The notes under the pieces were generated by a model. That model ran no database searches. It saw only the letters and a program-made list of their open reading frames with translations, and had not been told where the DNA came from. From Lama glama (taxonomy: Eukaryota), in assembly GCA_028534125.1 (NCBI GenBank), contig CM052817.1, positions 55,802,001 through 55,866,000 of the forward strand: a DNA stretch of 64,000 nt, written 5' to 3'. The translations under genes were made by a program, and so were the position numbers. Each line of letters starts with the position of its first letter. Within the stretch, counting starts at the first letter, position 1. Positions 12,728 through 24,814 of the stretch are shown here, piece after piece.

Positions 12728-15191
12728 GATTAATAAATACCTTCTTATATTTAGAAATTCTTTGTAACTATCAGTCTGTGTTCTCAATTCTGGAACCCCA
12801 CAAGAAATTAGTCTTTATTCCATGATACTCTTTCACATGTTTGACACTTGCTAGCGTACAGCTAAGTTTTTTCTTATTCAGACAGGGTGTGAGTTTAATG
12901 AAAGTCATACCTCTAATTAAAAATCATCAAACAATGAAAGAAAGAGCTTTATTAGAAAATGAATTATTTTCAGTGAAATTTTTCTTGGATAGACTAAGAA
13001 GGAATTCTGAAAGAATGAGAAGATAGATAAACCTGGGTCTAAAATGGAAATGCTTACAGATCAGGAAGGTAATAGGAATGAATGTGCTTCATCAGAAAGT
13101 AACAGTTGTAAACCAGAGAGCAGTTGACATTCAGCACAAGGAAGCTAAGGCCATGCCAAAATGTGAGCCTAGAAGACCTCGATTTTCTTATGTTTTGAGA
13201 CAGGACGAAATACAAGTTTTGTGTAAAAATAATTGTTTTAAATGTTAGCAATTAATTCAGTCTAAAATTTACTGGGAGTTCTGATAATAGCATTTTGTAC
13301 AGTTGAACCCAATATTTGAATATGAAGCGTGTATGTGTGGGTACAGAAACGATATAATCTGCTTTGGATTCTATAAAGCAATAGAAAAAATGAATAGGGT
13401 TTTTTTGTAAACATGTTATAAAATGGAATGCATTAGGCATTATGAGTTCAGTAGATCATAAATTTAACTGCTTTTGTTTATTATCAGTGTTTCAATACCA
13501 CTTTTTTGTTTAGGAAAGAAATACAGGAGTAACAGAGGTATATAAAATAATAAAGTTTAGGGAAAAGGTTGCTTATTGTTCTTGTTTGTATTTTGCCAAA
13601 ATAAGTAAAAGACCACTCAAACAATATATGTTTGATGTGGCCAATGTAAACTTTAATAAAATTAAATCTATTTCCAATTTTTACGTATGTCAGATGATAT
13701 TAAAGAGCATCAATTAAAATATACATTTAAACCCTATATTGATAGTTCAGGTAAAGGATTAGAAGATTTAAGAAGTGGGGAGGAGGAAGAGGAGGAAATA
13801 AGAAAAATACTGTGGCGAGGCCACTGATAGGGCATGCACATTGTGGAACCCGAGGAGTCATTTGCTTTGTGAGTACACGAAACCTTCCAAATTCTACTTT
13901 GGGATTTCCTTTTCTTTTTCACATGTGCAAATGGCAAAAGGATTTACCATAATATTTTGCTGTGTTTGTAACTGATCTCTTTACACTCTATGACAGCAGG
14001 AGACTTGTTTGTTAATGGGTCCCAGCTTATTGCTATTTGGGCATTAATGGTAGCAAATGGGGAGCAAGGTACATAGAATAATAAGAGGATTGTGACTGGT
14101 CAACTCTCAAGTTGGGAGACACAGGCAGCTGTGAAACAGATGAGCATTTGTCATATTTCTAATTGTATTTACCTGCCACAAACAATTCAAAATTAGCCAA
14201 CAGAATCTGAAATTACCCAGTAACACAGCATAATATGTACAAATCTTTCAGTTATAAATGGCAAAATACCATCCCAGAAAACACCTAGAGTACTGAATCC
14301 AATAAAAATAAGTTTTAATAAAATTGACTTCAGGAAAATACTAGCAAAATGTCCCTCACTATATCCACAAGTAAAAACTGTTGTATTTTAAATATAACAA
14401 GTAACAGTGATCAAAAACAAATTAATAAAAATGAATCCAGGTTCCATTTTTGCAGGGAGGGTGAAAACTAGCAACAGATTTTGTGCTACAGTCTAGATGT
14501 TAAAGGTACAAAAATTTTCAGCCAGCTGAAGTTGAGATTTGCCTGGATGGAAGGCAAGAAACCTCTATTAATTTTGTCTCTCTCAAAAATCAATAATTGG
14601 AGTTTCAATCTTCTTTAAGGGAATCTGAATTCTTTTTCTTTCTGTCCAAAGAAATAAACTTTCTGTCGTCTCTGTCATATGATTTACAGGTTGTTGGCCT
14701 GAGACATTAGGGCAGCAAGTCAATAATCTCTTTTGAAAATCCTGCTGAGACCGGGGATCATCTAACACAAGGCATTCATTCAGAAGCAATCCACCATTTA
14801 GGAGCAATGTTCCTTTCTCTTGCCACAGCCACCACCTGGGATAATTTCCCTAGAGCTTTGATAGTTTGTCATCAGCACTCACTAGAGAATAAGGAATAAA
14901 AGACTTTAAGCCCATGAGGAATGGCTGGTGTATGATATTTCAATTCTCTTGTTTCAGCATTAAAGAAAGGATGAAACAGATGCCTATGCTGGTTGGAGGC
15001 TAAAGAAGAAATGGAGTGAATCATGAATTTATAATAAATGACGCTCTCCAAGCATGTTCTCATCTTTAAAAGCAAGGGCTTCATTTTTAAACTTGCAAAT
15101 GCTTTGTTATTATTCTTACATTTAACCAATTTACTATCCCATCTACTAAATATAGCCAAGAATTGAGAACAAAAAAAGCAGACTAACATAT

Positions 15192-15221
15192 CAAAAAAAA
15201 AATATATATATATATATATAT
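15192..15221. repeat. A-run plus (TA)n microsatellite
   Basis: aaaaaaaaaatatatatatatatatata. Confidence 0.9.
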
Positions 15222-16120
15222 TAGCGGTCTCTAAGCAACTGTTCATTCTGGATTCATTAACATAATTTACAGAAGTTCTTGCTCTGATCTTTTTCCTTTT
15301 TTAACTGTTATTTTAGACACACAAAAAAATTGGTTTTCTGGTTACTGTTTCTATGAGAGTGTAAAAGGTACAAATTAGATGGGACATTGCTTTAGTCCTG
15401 CCCAATGCAGTAGCTCTAGGAAATTATAATGTCACATAGCTCAAAGTAACTGCTGATGCTTGTCAAAATGTGAATCAGAAAGATAAAAAAAAAAACCCTT
15501 CATTTTAAAATACGTTTTTATCAGTATGGTTGAAAAGAAGTTATGTTTAAATTTATAAGCTCACGTTATATGAAAAATTCACAAAAATAATTTTGGGGCA
15601 AAATTAAGAATAGCCAAGTGTGATTTCTATAAACTAAACTGAACCATATACAACTGTGAAATATTAATTTAACATCCAAATAGTAAGCATTAACATTTAA
15701 AAAATCTTGTGAACATTCAAAATTCATCTACTGTGCGGACAAATGAGACACTGAGGACACTATTGAAAGTATATATCAATTTAAATACTTCAATAAGAAG
15801 TCACCTCTATGCATAGAGTCAATATTATGTTCAACTTATTAAAATTAAGTAAAATATCTGAAAATGTTATAATAATTATGTTCAAGAAAGTCTGCCATTA
15901 AATATTGTTGAGACTATTTTTCATACAGACCAGGAATCTAATACTAATTTTGTAAGTAAAACAAATTAAAAAATTACACACATCATAATATTTTTGGCTA
16001 GTTCGACTATCTTTAACATATAAAAGACCAACAAACATCACACAAGAGTTGAATTAAGTCCCTTGAGACCCACTCACTCAAACCCCATGACTCTCAAATT
16101 TAAAAATACTATTTTGTACT

Positions 16121-16200
16121 ATAATAGTGGTAAGGATGCCTGATTTCAGATTTCTTGAGTACCTGGGTTAAAACCGTCTATCTTTTGCACATACTAAGCT
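16121..16200 (+). mobile_element. MIR SINE, 5' half (3' half at 21659-21835)
   Basis: 'tagtggtaagga...acctgggttaaaacc...cacatactaagct' matches the MIR 5' part up to 'ccacttactagct'. Confidence 0.55.
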
Positions 16201-16271
16201 CACTGGTTCTCAGACTTTAGGATGCACTAATATCACCCAGAGAAGTTTCCAGAAACCCATATTATTGGCTC
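16201..16271. mobile_element. MER5-type (hAT-Charlie) DNA transposon, left half
   Basis: 'cactggttctcagactttaggatgcactaatatcacccagagaagtt' matches the MER5A terminus 'cagtggttctcaaactt...tgcatcagaatcacctggagg'. Confidence 0.65.
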
Positions 16272-16415
16272 TGTGAAGACTTCAATCTGAGTTGGAACCA
16301 AATGTTATAAAATTGAGAATCTCATGCATGCTCCCTCAGAAGAAGGGAACTTTAGAGCTGAGAGACTGACTTTCTGTAAATGCCTGATTATTAAAACATT
16401 AAGACTTATCTTCTC
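16272..16415 (+). mobile_element. ERV1-like solo LTR, 5' part (continues at 21252-21516)
   Basis: Starts TGT where the MER5 similarity stops and is interrupted at an L1 target site tt/aagac. Confidence 0.5.
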
Positions 16416-19295
16416 AGGGAGTGGCCAAGACGGCAGAGTAGAAAGACTAAGTTTACAAAGGAACACCAAGACTACAACTATTTAAAGAAGAGCTATAGAT
16501 GAGAAAGACTGGAAGAAAAGATCTTCTGTAACTAAAGACAGAAAGAAGGAACCAGAATGAGACAGGTAGGAGGTGTGGAATCCCGGTATAATCAAGACCC
16601 ATCCTCTGAGTCAGTGAGCCACAAACAGGAGGAAGACTACAGACTGAGAGGTTCCCCCAAGGAGGGAGGGGTATGAAACTCACTTTGAGCTGGTTGCCCA
16701 GGGGTCCTACTTCAAGACGACAGACCCCCAACATTTGCCCCTGAAGGCCTGCAGGGCTTATTTTCAGGAGGGCCAGAGGGCCGTAGGGTGTAGAGACGCC
16801 ACTATTAAAGGGTATGCACTGCTGATTCTAGAGCGCCTCCCGGAGAGGCAGGAGGTAACTGGAGCTCACCCTGGGGACACGGACACTATTAGCAGCCATT
16901 TTAGGGAGTTAGTTCTACCAGGAGGTCACTGATACTGACAAATAACATTCTCGAATCCTTGTTCTAGCTTATTAATGCTGAGATCTGGCCCCACACACCA
17001 GTACTGGGACACCTCAGGCCAAGCAACTAGCTGGGTGGACAAAGATCCAAACCACGGAAGGCCTGCTGCCTTAAGGCCCCCGGGCCCACGGCCACCCTTT
17101 GACCTGGGTCTGCCCACCAGAGGGCTCAGGACTAATCCCTGTGCAACAGTGTGCTGGCACTAGCCCCAGGATCGCTTGGGGCCCTACAGACAGCTATTGG
17201 GACCCTGCCATGACAACCAGCAGCCCAACAGCAACTATGAGACTCCCAGAATCCTGCAGCCAGAGACTCCAGGACAGAGCCCCAGTCACCAGTGAGCCAG
17301 CACCACCCATAGGAACAGGTCATACAGCGCAATGGGCAGGCACCAGCCTCTGGACCACCAGGCCTCCAGGCCTGCCCATCAGCAGGCTGGCACACTAACT
17401 TAGGATCCCAGTTCCCTGCAGCCAGAGATACTGGGACATATACCTCCCCTCAACCAATAGACTAAAGCTTTGGGACACCCCAGACCCTGTAGCCAACAGT
17501 GTGTAAAACCAGCCCCACCCACCAGCAAGATGACACTAGATCTTGGACCCTGGGCCCTGTATCCACCTACTGTAACCACCCACCAGTGGGTCAGCAACAG
17601 CCCTGGGACTCCCAGGACTCTGCAGCCAGCCTCCTCAATACTTTGTCCCAACCACCAGTAGGCCATAGTTTCCCAAAAAGTCTGAGCCTGGAAACCAACC
17701 AGACAGGGGTCCAGCCATGCCTACCAAACCACCCAGAGTTGTCAGATTACCACAGCAGAAGGACTCATGCAGCTCACACAGGGGGCAGCCCTAGAGCACA
17801 CAGCTCTAAAGGGTGGTGCACTGCTGGACTCGTACAATGTCTCTTACAAAAGGACACTTCTCCAAAGCCAGGAAACATAACCTACCTACCAAATATATGG
17901 AAATAAGACCAGCAAATCAGGCAAAGTTAGGTGACAGAGGATCGTGTTACAAACGATGGAACAAACGACAGAAAAAGGTAAAACCTCAGGTGGAGAACTA
18001 AAAGTGGAGATAAGCAATCAGTCTAATAAAGAGTTCAAGATAATGATCATAAAGATGCTCAAAAAATTCAAGAGAAAATTGGATAAACAGACTGAAAAAT
18101 TAGAAGTTTTTAACAAAAAACAGAAAATAGAACAACCAAACATAGGTGAAGAATACAATAAACACAATGAAAAGTATACTACAAGGAATCAACAAAAGAG
18201 TAGATGATACAGAGGAGCAGATCTGTGAGCTGGAAGAAAGAATATTGAAAATCACTGAAGCTGAACAGAAAAAATAACAAGTAAAAAGAAATGAGGACAG
18301 TTTAAGAGACCTCTAGGACAATACCAAGCATACTAATATTTGCATGATAGAGGTCCCAAAGGAGAAGAGAGAAAGGGACAGAGAACATATTAGAAGCCAC
18401 AATAGCTGAAAACTTCCTTTGCCTACAGACACCCACATCCAAGAAGCACAGAGAGTCCCAAACAGGATCAACCCCAAGAGGAACACACCAAGATACACTG
18501 TAATTAAAAAGGCAAAAATTAAAGATAAAGGGAAAATATTAAAAACAGCAAAGGAAAAACAACACGTTACATACAAGGGAACTCCCACAGGCTATAAGCT
18601 GATTTTTCAGGAGAAACTCTGCAGGTGAGAGGGTGTGGCATGATATATTTAAAGTGACAAAAGGGAAAACCTACAACCAATAATACTCTACCTGGCAAGG
18701 CTTTCATTCAGATTTCACAGAAAGATCAAAAGTTTTACAGAGAAGTAGAACCTAAGAAAGTTTAGCACCACCAAACCAGCTTTACAAGAAATGTTAAACA
18801 AAATGCTAAATTAAAAAAAAAAAGGCCACAACTAGAAATATGAAAATTATGAAGGGAAAAAATCTCATTAATAAAGGCAAATATAGAGGAAACACAGTAG
18901 ACCAACAATGTATAAACTAATGGGAAGGTTAAAAGACAGACAAAAGTAGTAAAATTATCTATATCAAAAATAAGTAGTTAAAAGATACAAAAAACAAAAA
19001 TATGTAAAATACATTAGAAACAGTAAACAAGGGGAAGGAGTAAAAAGTAGGGTAGTTAAAATGTGTATAAACTTAAGATACCAAAAATTTTAAATAATCA
19101 AACAACACTAAAGATAGTCATCAAACCACAAAGAAGCAAAAGAAGGATCAAAAAAGAATGACAAAACAACACAAAAACAATGAACAAAATAGCAATAAGT
19201 ACATACCTGTCAATAACTATATAAATGGGCTAAATGCTCAATCAAAAGGATGGAGTATGATGGAGTGGCTGAATGCATAAAAAGAAACAAATCCT

Positions 19296-19428
19296 GGGGG
19301 AGGTATGTCTCAGTGGTAGTGTGGGTGCCTACCATGCACAAGGTCCTGGGTTCAATCCCCAGTACCTGCATGAAAAATAAATAATAACCTAACTACCCCC
19401 CCCAACAAATTAATTAATCAAAAAAGAG
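19296..19428 (+). mobile_element. tRNA-Ala-derived SINE (camelid vic-1 type)
   Basis: Head 'gggggaggtatgtctcagtggtag...catgcacaaggtcctgggttcaatccccagtacc' with A and B boxes, and an AT-rich tail. 13-bp TSD agaaacaaatc(c/t)t at 19283-19295 and 19429-19441. Confidence 0.88.
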
Positions 19429-19442
19429 AGAAACAAATCTTT

Positions 19443-19481
19443 TATATATATATATATATATATTATATATAATATATATAT
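19443..19481. repeat. (TA)n microsatellite inside L1 ORF2
   Basis: tatatatatatatatatatattatatataatatatatat. Confidence 0.9.
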
Positions 19482-21251
19482 GCTGGATACAAGATATTTA
19501 CGTCTGATCTAAAGACACACAATAGACTGAAAGTGAGGGAATGGAAAAATCCATTCCACGCAAATAGAAATTTTAAAAAAGTAGAGGTAGCCATATTTGT
19601 ATCAGACAAAATAGACTTTAAAACAAACTAACAAAGGACAAAGAAGAACATTAGATAATGATTAAGGGATCAATCCAAGAAGATTTAACAGTTGTAAACA
19701 TACATGTACCCAATATAGGAGCATCTAGATACATAGGTAATTAACAGATATAAAGGGAGAAATTGACAATAACACAATAATAGGGGACTTTAACACCCAT
19801 TTAAATCAATGGACAGATCATCCAGACAGGAAATCAATAAAGAAACATGAACTTAAGTGACACATTAGACCAAATGACCTCAACAGATAATATGTTGAAC
19901 ATTCTAACAAAAAGCAGCAGAACACACAACATTTTCAAGTGCACATGAAACACTCTCCAGGATAGATCATATGCTAGGCCACAGAACAAGTCTCAGTAAA
20001 TTTAAGAACACTGAAATGATATCAAGTATCTCTTTCGACCACAGCACCCCAAGACTAGAAATCAGCTATAAGGAAAAAAAAAAAAAACTTCAAAAAACAT
20101 GAACACATACAGGCTAAACCATATGTTACTGAACAACTAATAAACTGCTGAATAAGCTGAAAGAAATAAAAATATACCTGAAAACACAATAATCCAAAAT
20201 ATTAAAAATTTATCTACCATATGATTCAGCACTTCCACTCCTGGGTATTTATCCAAAGAAAACAAAAACATTTACCTGCAAAGATATATGCACCTCTAAG
20301 TTCACTGCAGCATTATTTACAACACCCAATTTATAGAAGCAAACTATCAATGAATGGATAGCAAAGATATGGTGTATGAGTAATATTCCATGGTATGTGT
20401 ATGTGTGTGTGTATACATACCATGGAATATTACTCAGCCATAAAAAGAATGAAATCTTGCCATTTGTGGCAACATGGACAATACGGATGAATCTAGAGGA
20501 CATTATGCTAAATAAGTTAAACAGAGGAAGACAAATACTATATGATTTAATTTATATGTGTAAACTTAAAAAAATAAAACAAATGAACAAACATACCAAA
20601 ATAGAAACCATTATGGATAAAGAAAAGAAACAGATGGTTGTCAGGGGGAGGGAGGGGGAGTGGAAGAAAGAAACAGGTGAGGGAGATTGAGAGGTACAAA
20701 CTTCCACTTGCAAAATAAAGGAGTGAAATAAACAGTGTGGGGAATATAGCCAACAAATATGTAATGTATTTGTATAGTGACATTTGTAATCAGAGTCATT
20801 GTGGTGATCATACTGAAATATATAGAAACGTTGAATCACTATGTTGTATAACAGGAACTAAAAGGTCAAATACATTTTAGAAAACAAACTCATAGAAAAA
20901 GAAATCAGATTTGTGGTTACCAGAAGAGGAGGATGGGGAGGGGAAATTAGATGAAGGCAGTCAAAAGGTACCAAATTCCAGTAGTAAGATAAATAAGTAC
21001 TAGGGATATAATGTACAATATGATAAATATAACTAACACTGCTGTATGTTATATATGACAGTTGTTGAGAGTAAGCCTCATCACAAGGACATTTAAAAAA
21101 TTTTTATATGTATATGAGATGATGGATGTTCACTAAACTTATTGTGATAACCATTTCATGATATATGTAATTCAAATCATTATGCTTTACACCTTAAACT
21201 TATACAGTGCTATATGCCAATTATATCTCAGTAAAACTGAGGCGTGGGGGA

Positions 21252-21516
21252 AAGACATCTCCTGACCAATGAACATCTGCCAAGAATCTCTCCCCATCCT
21301 CAAGGTAATGAACTTATTCCTTGAATGCTGGAGGGACCTCCCCTCCCTTTGTTCTCCTTGTCCATAAATACAGCCTGCCCCAAACCCTCAAGGAACTTGC
21401 CAGTACCTGGTTACAGCACGTGCTTCTCAAACTGCAATTTCTCTGCTGCTTTTGAATAAACTCAATTTCTAGTAATTTGAGCTGGCCTCAATTTACCTTT
21501 CTGATTTAGGTTGCCA
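21252..21516 (+). mobile_element. ERV1-like solo LTR, 3' part
   Basis: TATA-like 'ccataaata' (~21362), AATAAA (~21455) and terminus 'tttaggttgcca', resembling the ...TTTAGGTTGACA end of ERV1 LTRs. Confidence 0.65.
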
Positions 21517-21651
21517 AGTCCCACACAACTCTAGAGTCTTGGAGGGCAGATCAGGCATGGGTTCTCGTAAATCAACATTTTAAACTATATTCACAGGAAT
21601 TCTTGATGCCACACACACACACACCCAAAAATCAATGCTTTGTAAAAATTT
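21517..21651. mobile_element. MER5-type element, right half
   Basis: 'aatcaacattttaaactatattcacaggaattcttgatgcc' resembles MER5 'aatctgcattttaacaagctccccaggtgattctgatgc'. Confidence 0.5.
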
Positions 21652-21658
21652 GTTCTAG

Positions 21659-21835
21659 GTGTGTCACTTTGATGAAGTTAAATAACCACGAAGGGCCCAG
21701 TTTTCATCACTTATCAAATGCAAATTAAACTACAGCCTACTTCATGGAATACTTTTAGTATTAAATGAGATGATACAAGAAATGAATTTAGAACAGTGCC
21801 TAGTTTGAATGAAACACTCCATTAAAATGACCTAT
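21659..21835 (+). mobile_element. MIR SINE, 3' half
   Basis: 'gtgtgtcactttgatgaagttaaataacc...cccagttttcatcacttatcaaatg...attaaatgagatgataca...ttagaacagtgcct'. Confidence 0.75.
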
Positions 21836-22734
21836 TTATGGTTCTAGTCATGCTAATTTTAATCTATACGTGGTTATAAGAGTAATAGATGGAGTACCCT
21901 CCTTTCTTTCTAGAGGATGATCAACACCTACATGAAAAGGCTTTAGAGGAAGGTGCATCCTGGAGACAGACCAGGTTTCCTTAATGTTTTCCTGGAAACA
22001 TTAAGAAACACGCTTGAGGGGGGGAAAAAAAGACAGTTTGTTAACCCTATTGCAGAAGTTCTGAATAGCCTAGTGGTTCAGTTGGAGATATGAGAGCGGG
22101 AGGTGTATATTTCAGTACAGAAGAATCATTGATAAATGTGGGATTTACCATAGTCTCTCACTGTTTTGTTAATAGCTTTAACTGGATTTTATTATTTTCT
22201 TTCACTCTCATCCCCACCTGCCAAAATTCCAATATGAGATTAATCGAAATCTTTGTCATCTAAACATCTATATAAGCGTTCCTGGAGAAAAGTCATCTCA
22301 TTGCATAATACTAACACTGCTATGAGAGTAACTATGTAGGCACATTAGTCATATTGACTAATCATAGTCATAGTCATTAGTCATACTGACCCTGGAAAGA
22401 TGTAAATAAGCTTGATGGCAAGGAATGATTTATTTAAAGGCTTTAAATAAAAAAAAAAAACAGAATCAGAGATGCTCTAGCAACCTTGTGATCTTTCTGG
22501 ATGCCTTTTTTATTGTTTCATGTGATGAACATGGTCACTGACAGTTCTGGGACAAACATTTGAGCTGCATGACCAGAGAAGCAAAAAAGAATCTCCCCCA
22601 GAGTAACTCCAATTAGAAATATCTTGGTGAAGAAATCTGATTGCTTCAACTTGTCATATGACCACTCATATTGTGGTTCAGTGACTATTATTATTATTAT
22701 AAAGAAAGGCTCTGGCCTTTCTAAAACTGTATTA

Positions 22735-22882
22735 TACTCATCTGTTTATTTTTCTACATCAAACACACTATAAACTCGACCAGGGAAACAACAGTCTTGT
22801 AAAGTCACCATTATACTTCTCAAGCTTAGAACAGGGTCTAATGAATAGTAAATATCCAATAACTATGTAGGGAATGAATGGG
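22735..22882 (+). mobile_element. L2 3' terminus
   Basis: 'cttagaacagggtctaatgaatagtaaatatccaataactatgtagggaatgaatg'. Confidence 0.6.
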
Positions 22883-24814
22883 TTAAGAATTTCAAAACTT
22901 TCTGCAGGTATGATTTGATAAGTTTCTACTTCTGATGATAAATTTCCATTACTCCATGAAAGCCTATAATCTCAAAATTGACTAGATGTATTTTCTTCCT
23001 TTCATTTAGGTCCTCCCTCAAATAATATAACACTTTCTTTAAATGCCTGGATTATAGTAGCGTTACATCTGTAACCTCATTATCCACTTAAATTCTTTTC
23101 AGAACTAAGCATATGTATTGTTATCATAAAGAGCTGCCTATGGGTCTGACGGAGCATTTGTTAAGCAAAAGGTTATACGAACATGGAATAAAATGACTCA
23201 AGTGTAAAGCCAAAGTGAGAGCAAAACATACTTTGACCTATGGTTTTTTAAAGTTCGCCAAAGCCAGATGAGATCAAGATATTCCGTTTGACATTTCTCT
23301 TCCATTTTCCATTAGGATTTCTTTACAAGAATCTTAGAGGAAAATAACATATGGGAGAAAATGCAAGTATGTAATAAAGAATGTGTCTTTTGCCTATTAA
23401 AATTATGTTCTTTGATTTTTTTTTAATCAGGGAGTAAAAAGTGGTATCTGAGAAAAGGATTTCTAATAACTTTAGAAAAGAATAAACAAATTATAACAGG
23501 TAAAAGAGCCTTAGTTTCTAAAATAAAAGAATGAATTTTTAATTTAAAAAATATAAAAAGCTGTTTTTGTGCTATGGGAAGACAAACCAAGAATTTACTG
23601 AGTTATCAAAAGTACCAATGGCTAAATTATATCCATATATTCAAACACAAAAATAGTACCCACTATACGTATATACAGACATACTTTTTTCCTAAATGCA
23701 TGTGTTTATGTAATATATGTGAGAACATACGTTGATTTATTAAGTATTTTTGTTTAAAATAACATTATAAACTATTAGTATATTTCTAGAAATAAAAAAG
23801 CATGTCCTCATGTAAAAGCTACTAAATTTGTGCATCTGAAAAATATTGATGCTGTTCCAAGTCCTAAACGCACTCATTAAATTATTTGTTAATAGGTTTA
23901 TCAAAAAGCAAAAGCAAAACTTTTAAAATGTAACATAAGAACCATTTATTACTATTACTTTTTAAGAGTGTAAGTTACAATTTCCCTTTTGCTGCAATAG
24001 TGTGTGACACTAATCCATAACTGCAGGCTTTGCTCTGCCATAATTGTCAGTGCTAATTGAGTAGGCTATTGAAATAACTGATCTATGATAAGTAAGGATG
24101 GTCATGAGTCAGCCGACTTAGACATTTGAAAGCTAAAATGTTTCAGCTTTGACAGAGCTGTTGATTCTTATTGAGACTTCAGTAAAATCACAAGGAATGT
24201 ATTTAATAGCATCCTACTTCTCTCTAAACTCATCAATTTAATTCATTCAAAGTAAGTCTATCCCTAACAGTCCAGGAAAAAAATCATTGGTCTTCTGACA
24301 ATCTTTGTAGGTTTGTAGAGTTTGACTAATCTCTCCACTTTGATATTCCAGAGTTAGCAATGAGTTTGATCCCTCCTAATCAATGATATATGGCAGCTAC
24401 AGAGGTGAGCAATCAAACTGCCAGTGAGGGAGCTAAAGGGGGTTTAACCTTTCATTCATTTGCTGTCCAGTCAAAGATACATTTTACTCAACGATCTCAT
24501 AAGACAAGTTTTATCTGAGGTGCTATGGGAATTCTATAAATTGTATAATTTCTCAGTTCCGAATTATTGGATGGTATGTTTTCATTAAAAAATAAAGAGT
24601 TTGAATAGCACTATACTGATTTGTAAATGTATGTAAAAGTATATATTATATATAAATAGAAATGTACATATATATACTATAACTTGTATAAAACTATAAT
24701 ATCAGATTTTTTAAGACTTGATTTCATGATATTAAAAGTGATGTGGGAAGATAAGGGAAAACAATGGAAATCCACAAAATACCCAGTTTTCCTTCATATG
24801 CTGCTCTTTCTGAG

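Larger units (their letters stand above)
16416..21250 (+). mobile_element. Artiodactyl-type L1 with 5'UTR, decayed ORF1, ORF2 endonuclease, internal deletion of RT, and doubled 3'UTR; inactive
   Basis: 5' 'gggagtggccaagacggcagag' (YY1-like). GC-rich 5'UTR to ~17930. ORF1 peptides 'KEFKIMIIKML' and 'IQEAQRVPNRINPKRNTPR'. EN region 19180-20200. ORF2 C-terminus 'KKNEILPFVATW'. Degraded TSD aagacttatcttct (16401) / aagacatctcct (21252). Many stops and frameshifts. Confidence 0.93.

Noticed and set aside
14583..15246. 74-aa and 124-aa minus-strand ORFs
   Set aside because: One runs through a (TA)n repeat, and both have composition typical of translated non-coding DNA.
16453..18001. Cluster of overlapping 60-135 aa ORFs on both strands
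   Set aside because: They lie in the GC-rich, repetitive L1 5'UTR where stop codons are scarce. No recognisable protein.
19296..19370. tRNA-Ala-like sequence as a real tRNA gene
   Set aside because: The D-arm and anticodon arm carry disruptive substitutions, and it has an AT-rich tail and TSD, so it is a SINE.
21975..22390. Short imperfect palindromes and micro-duplications (21975-22009; 22343-22390)
   Set aside because: Short, AT-rich and explicable by local slippage or template switching.
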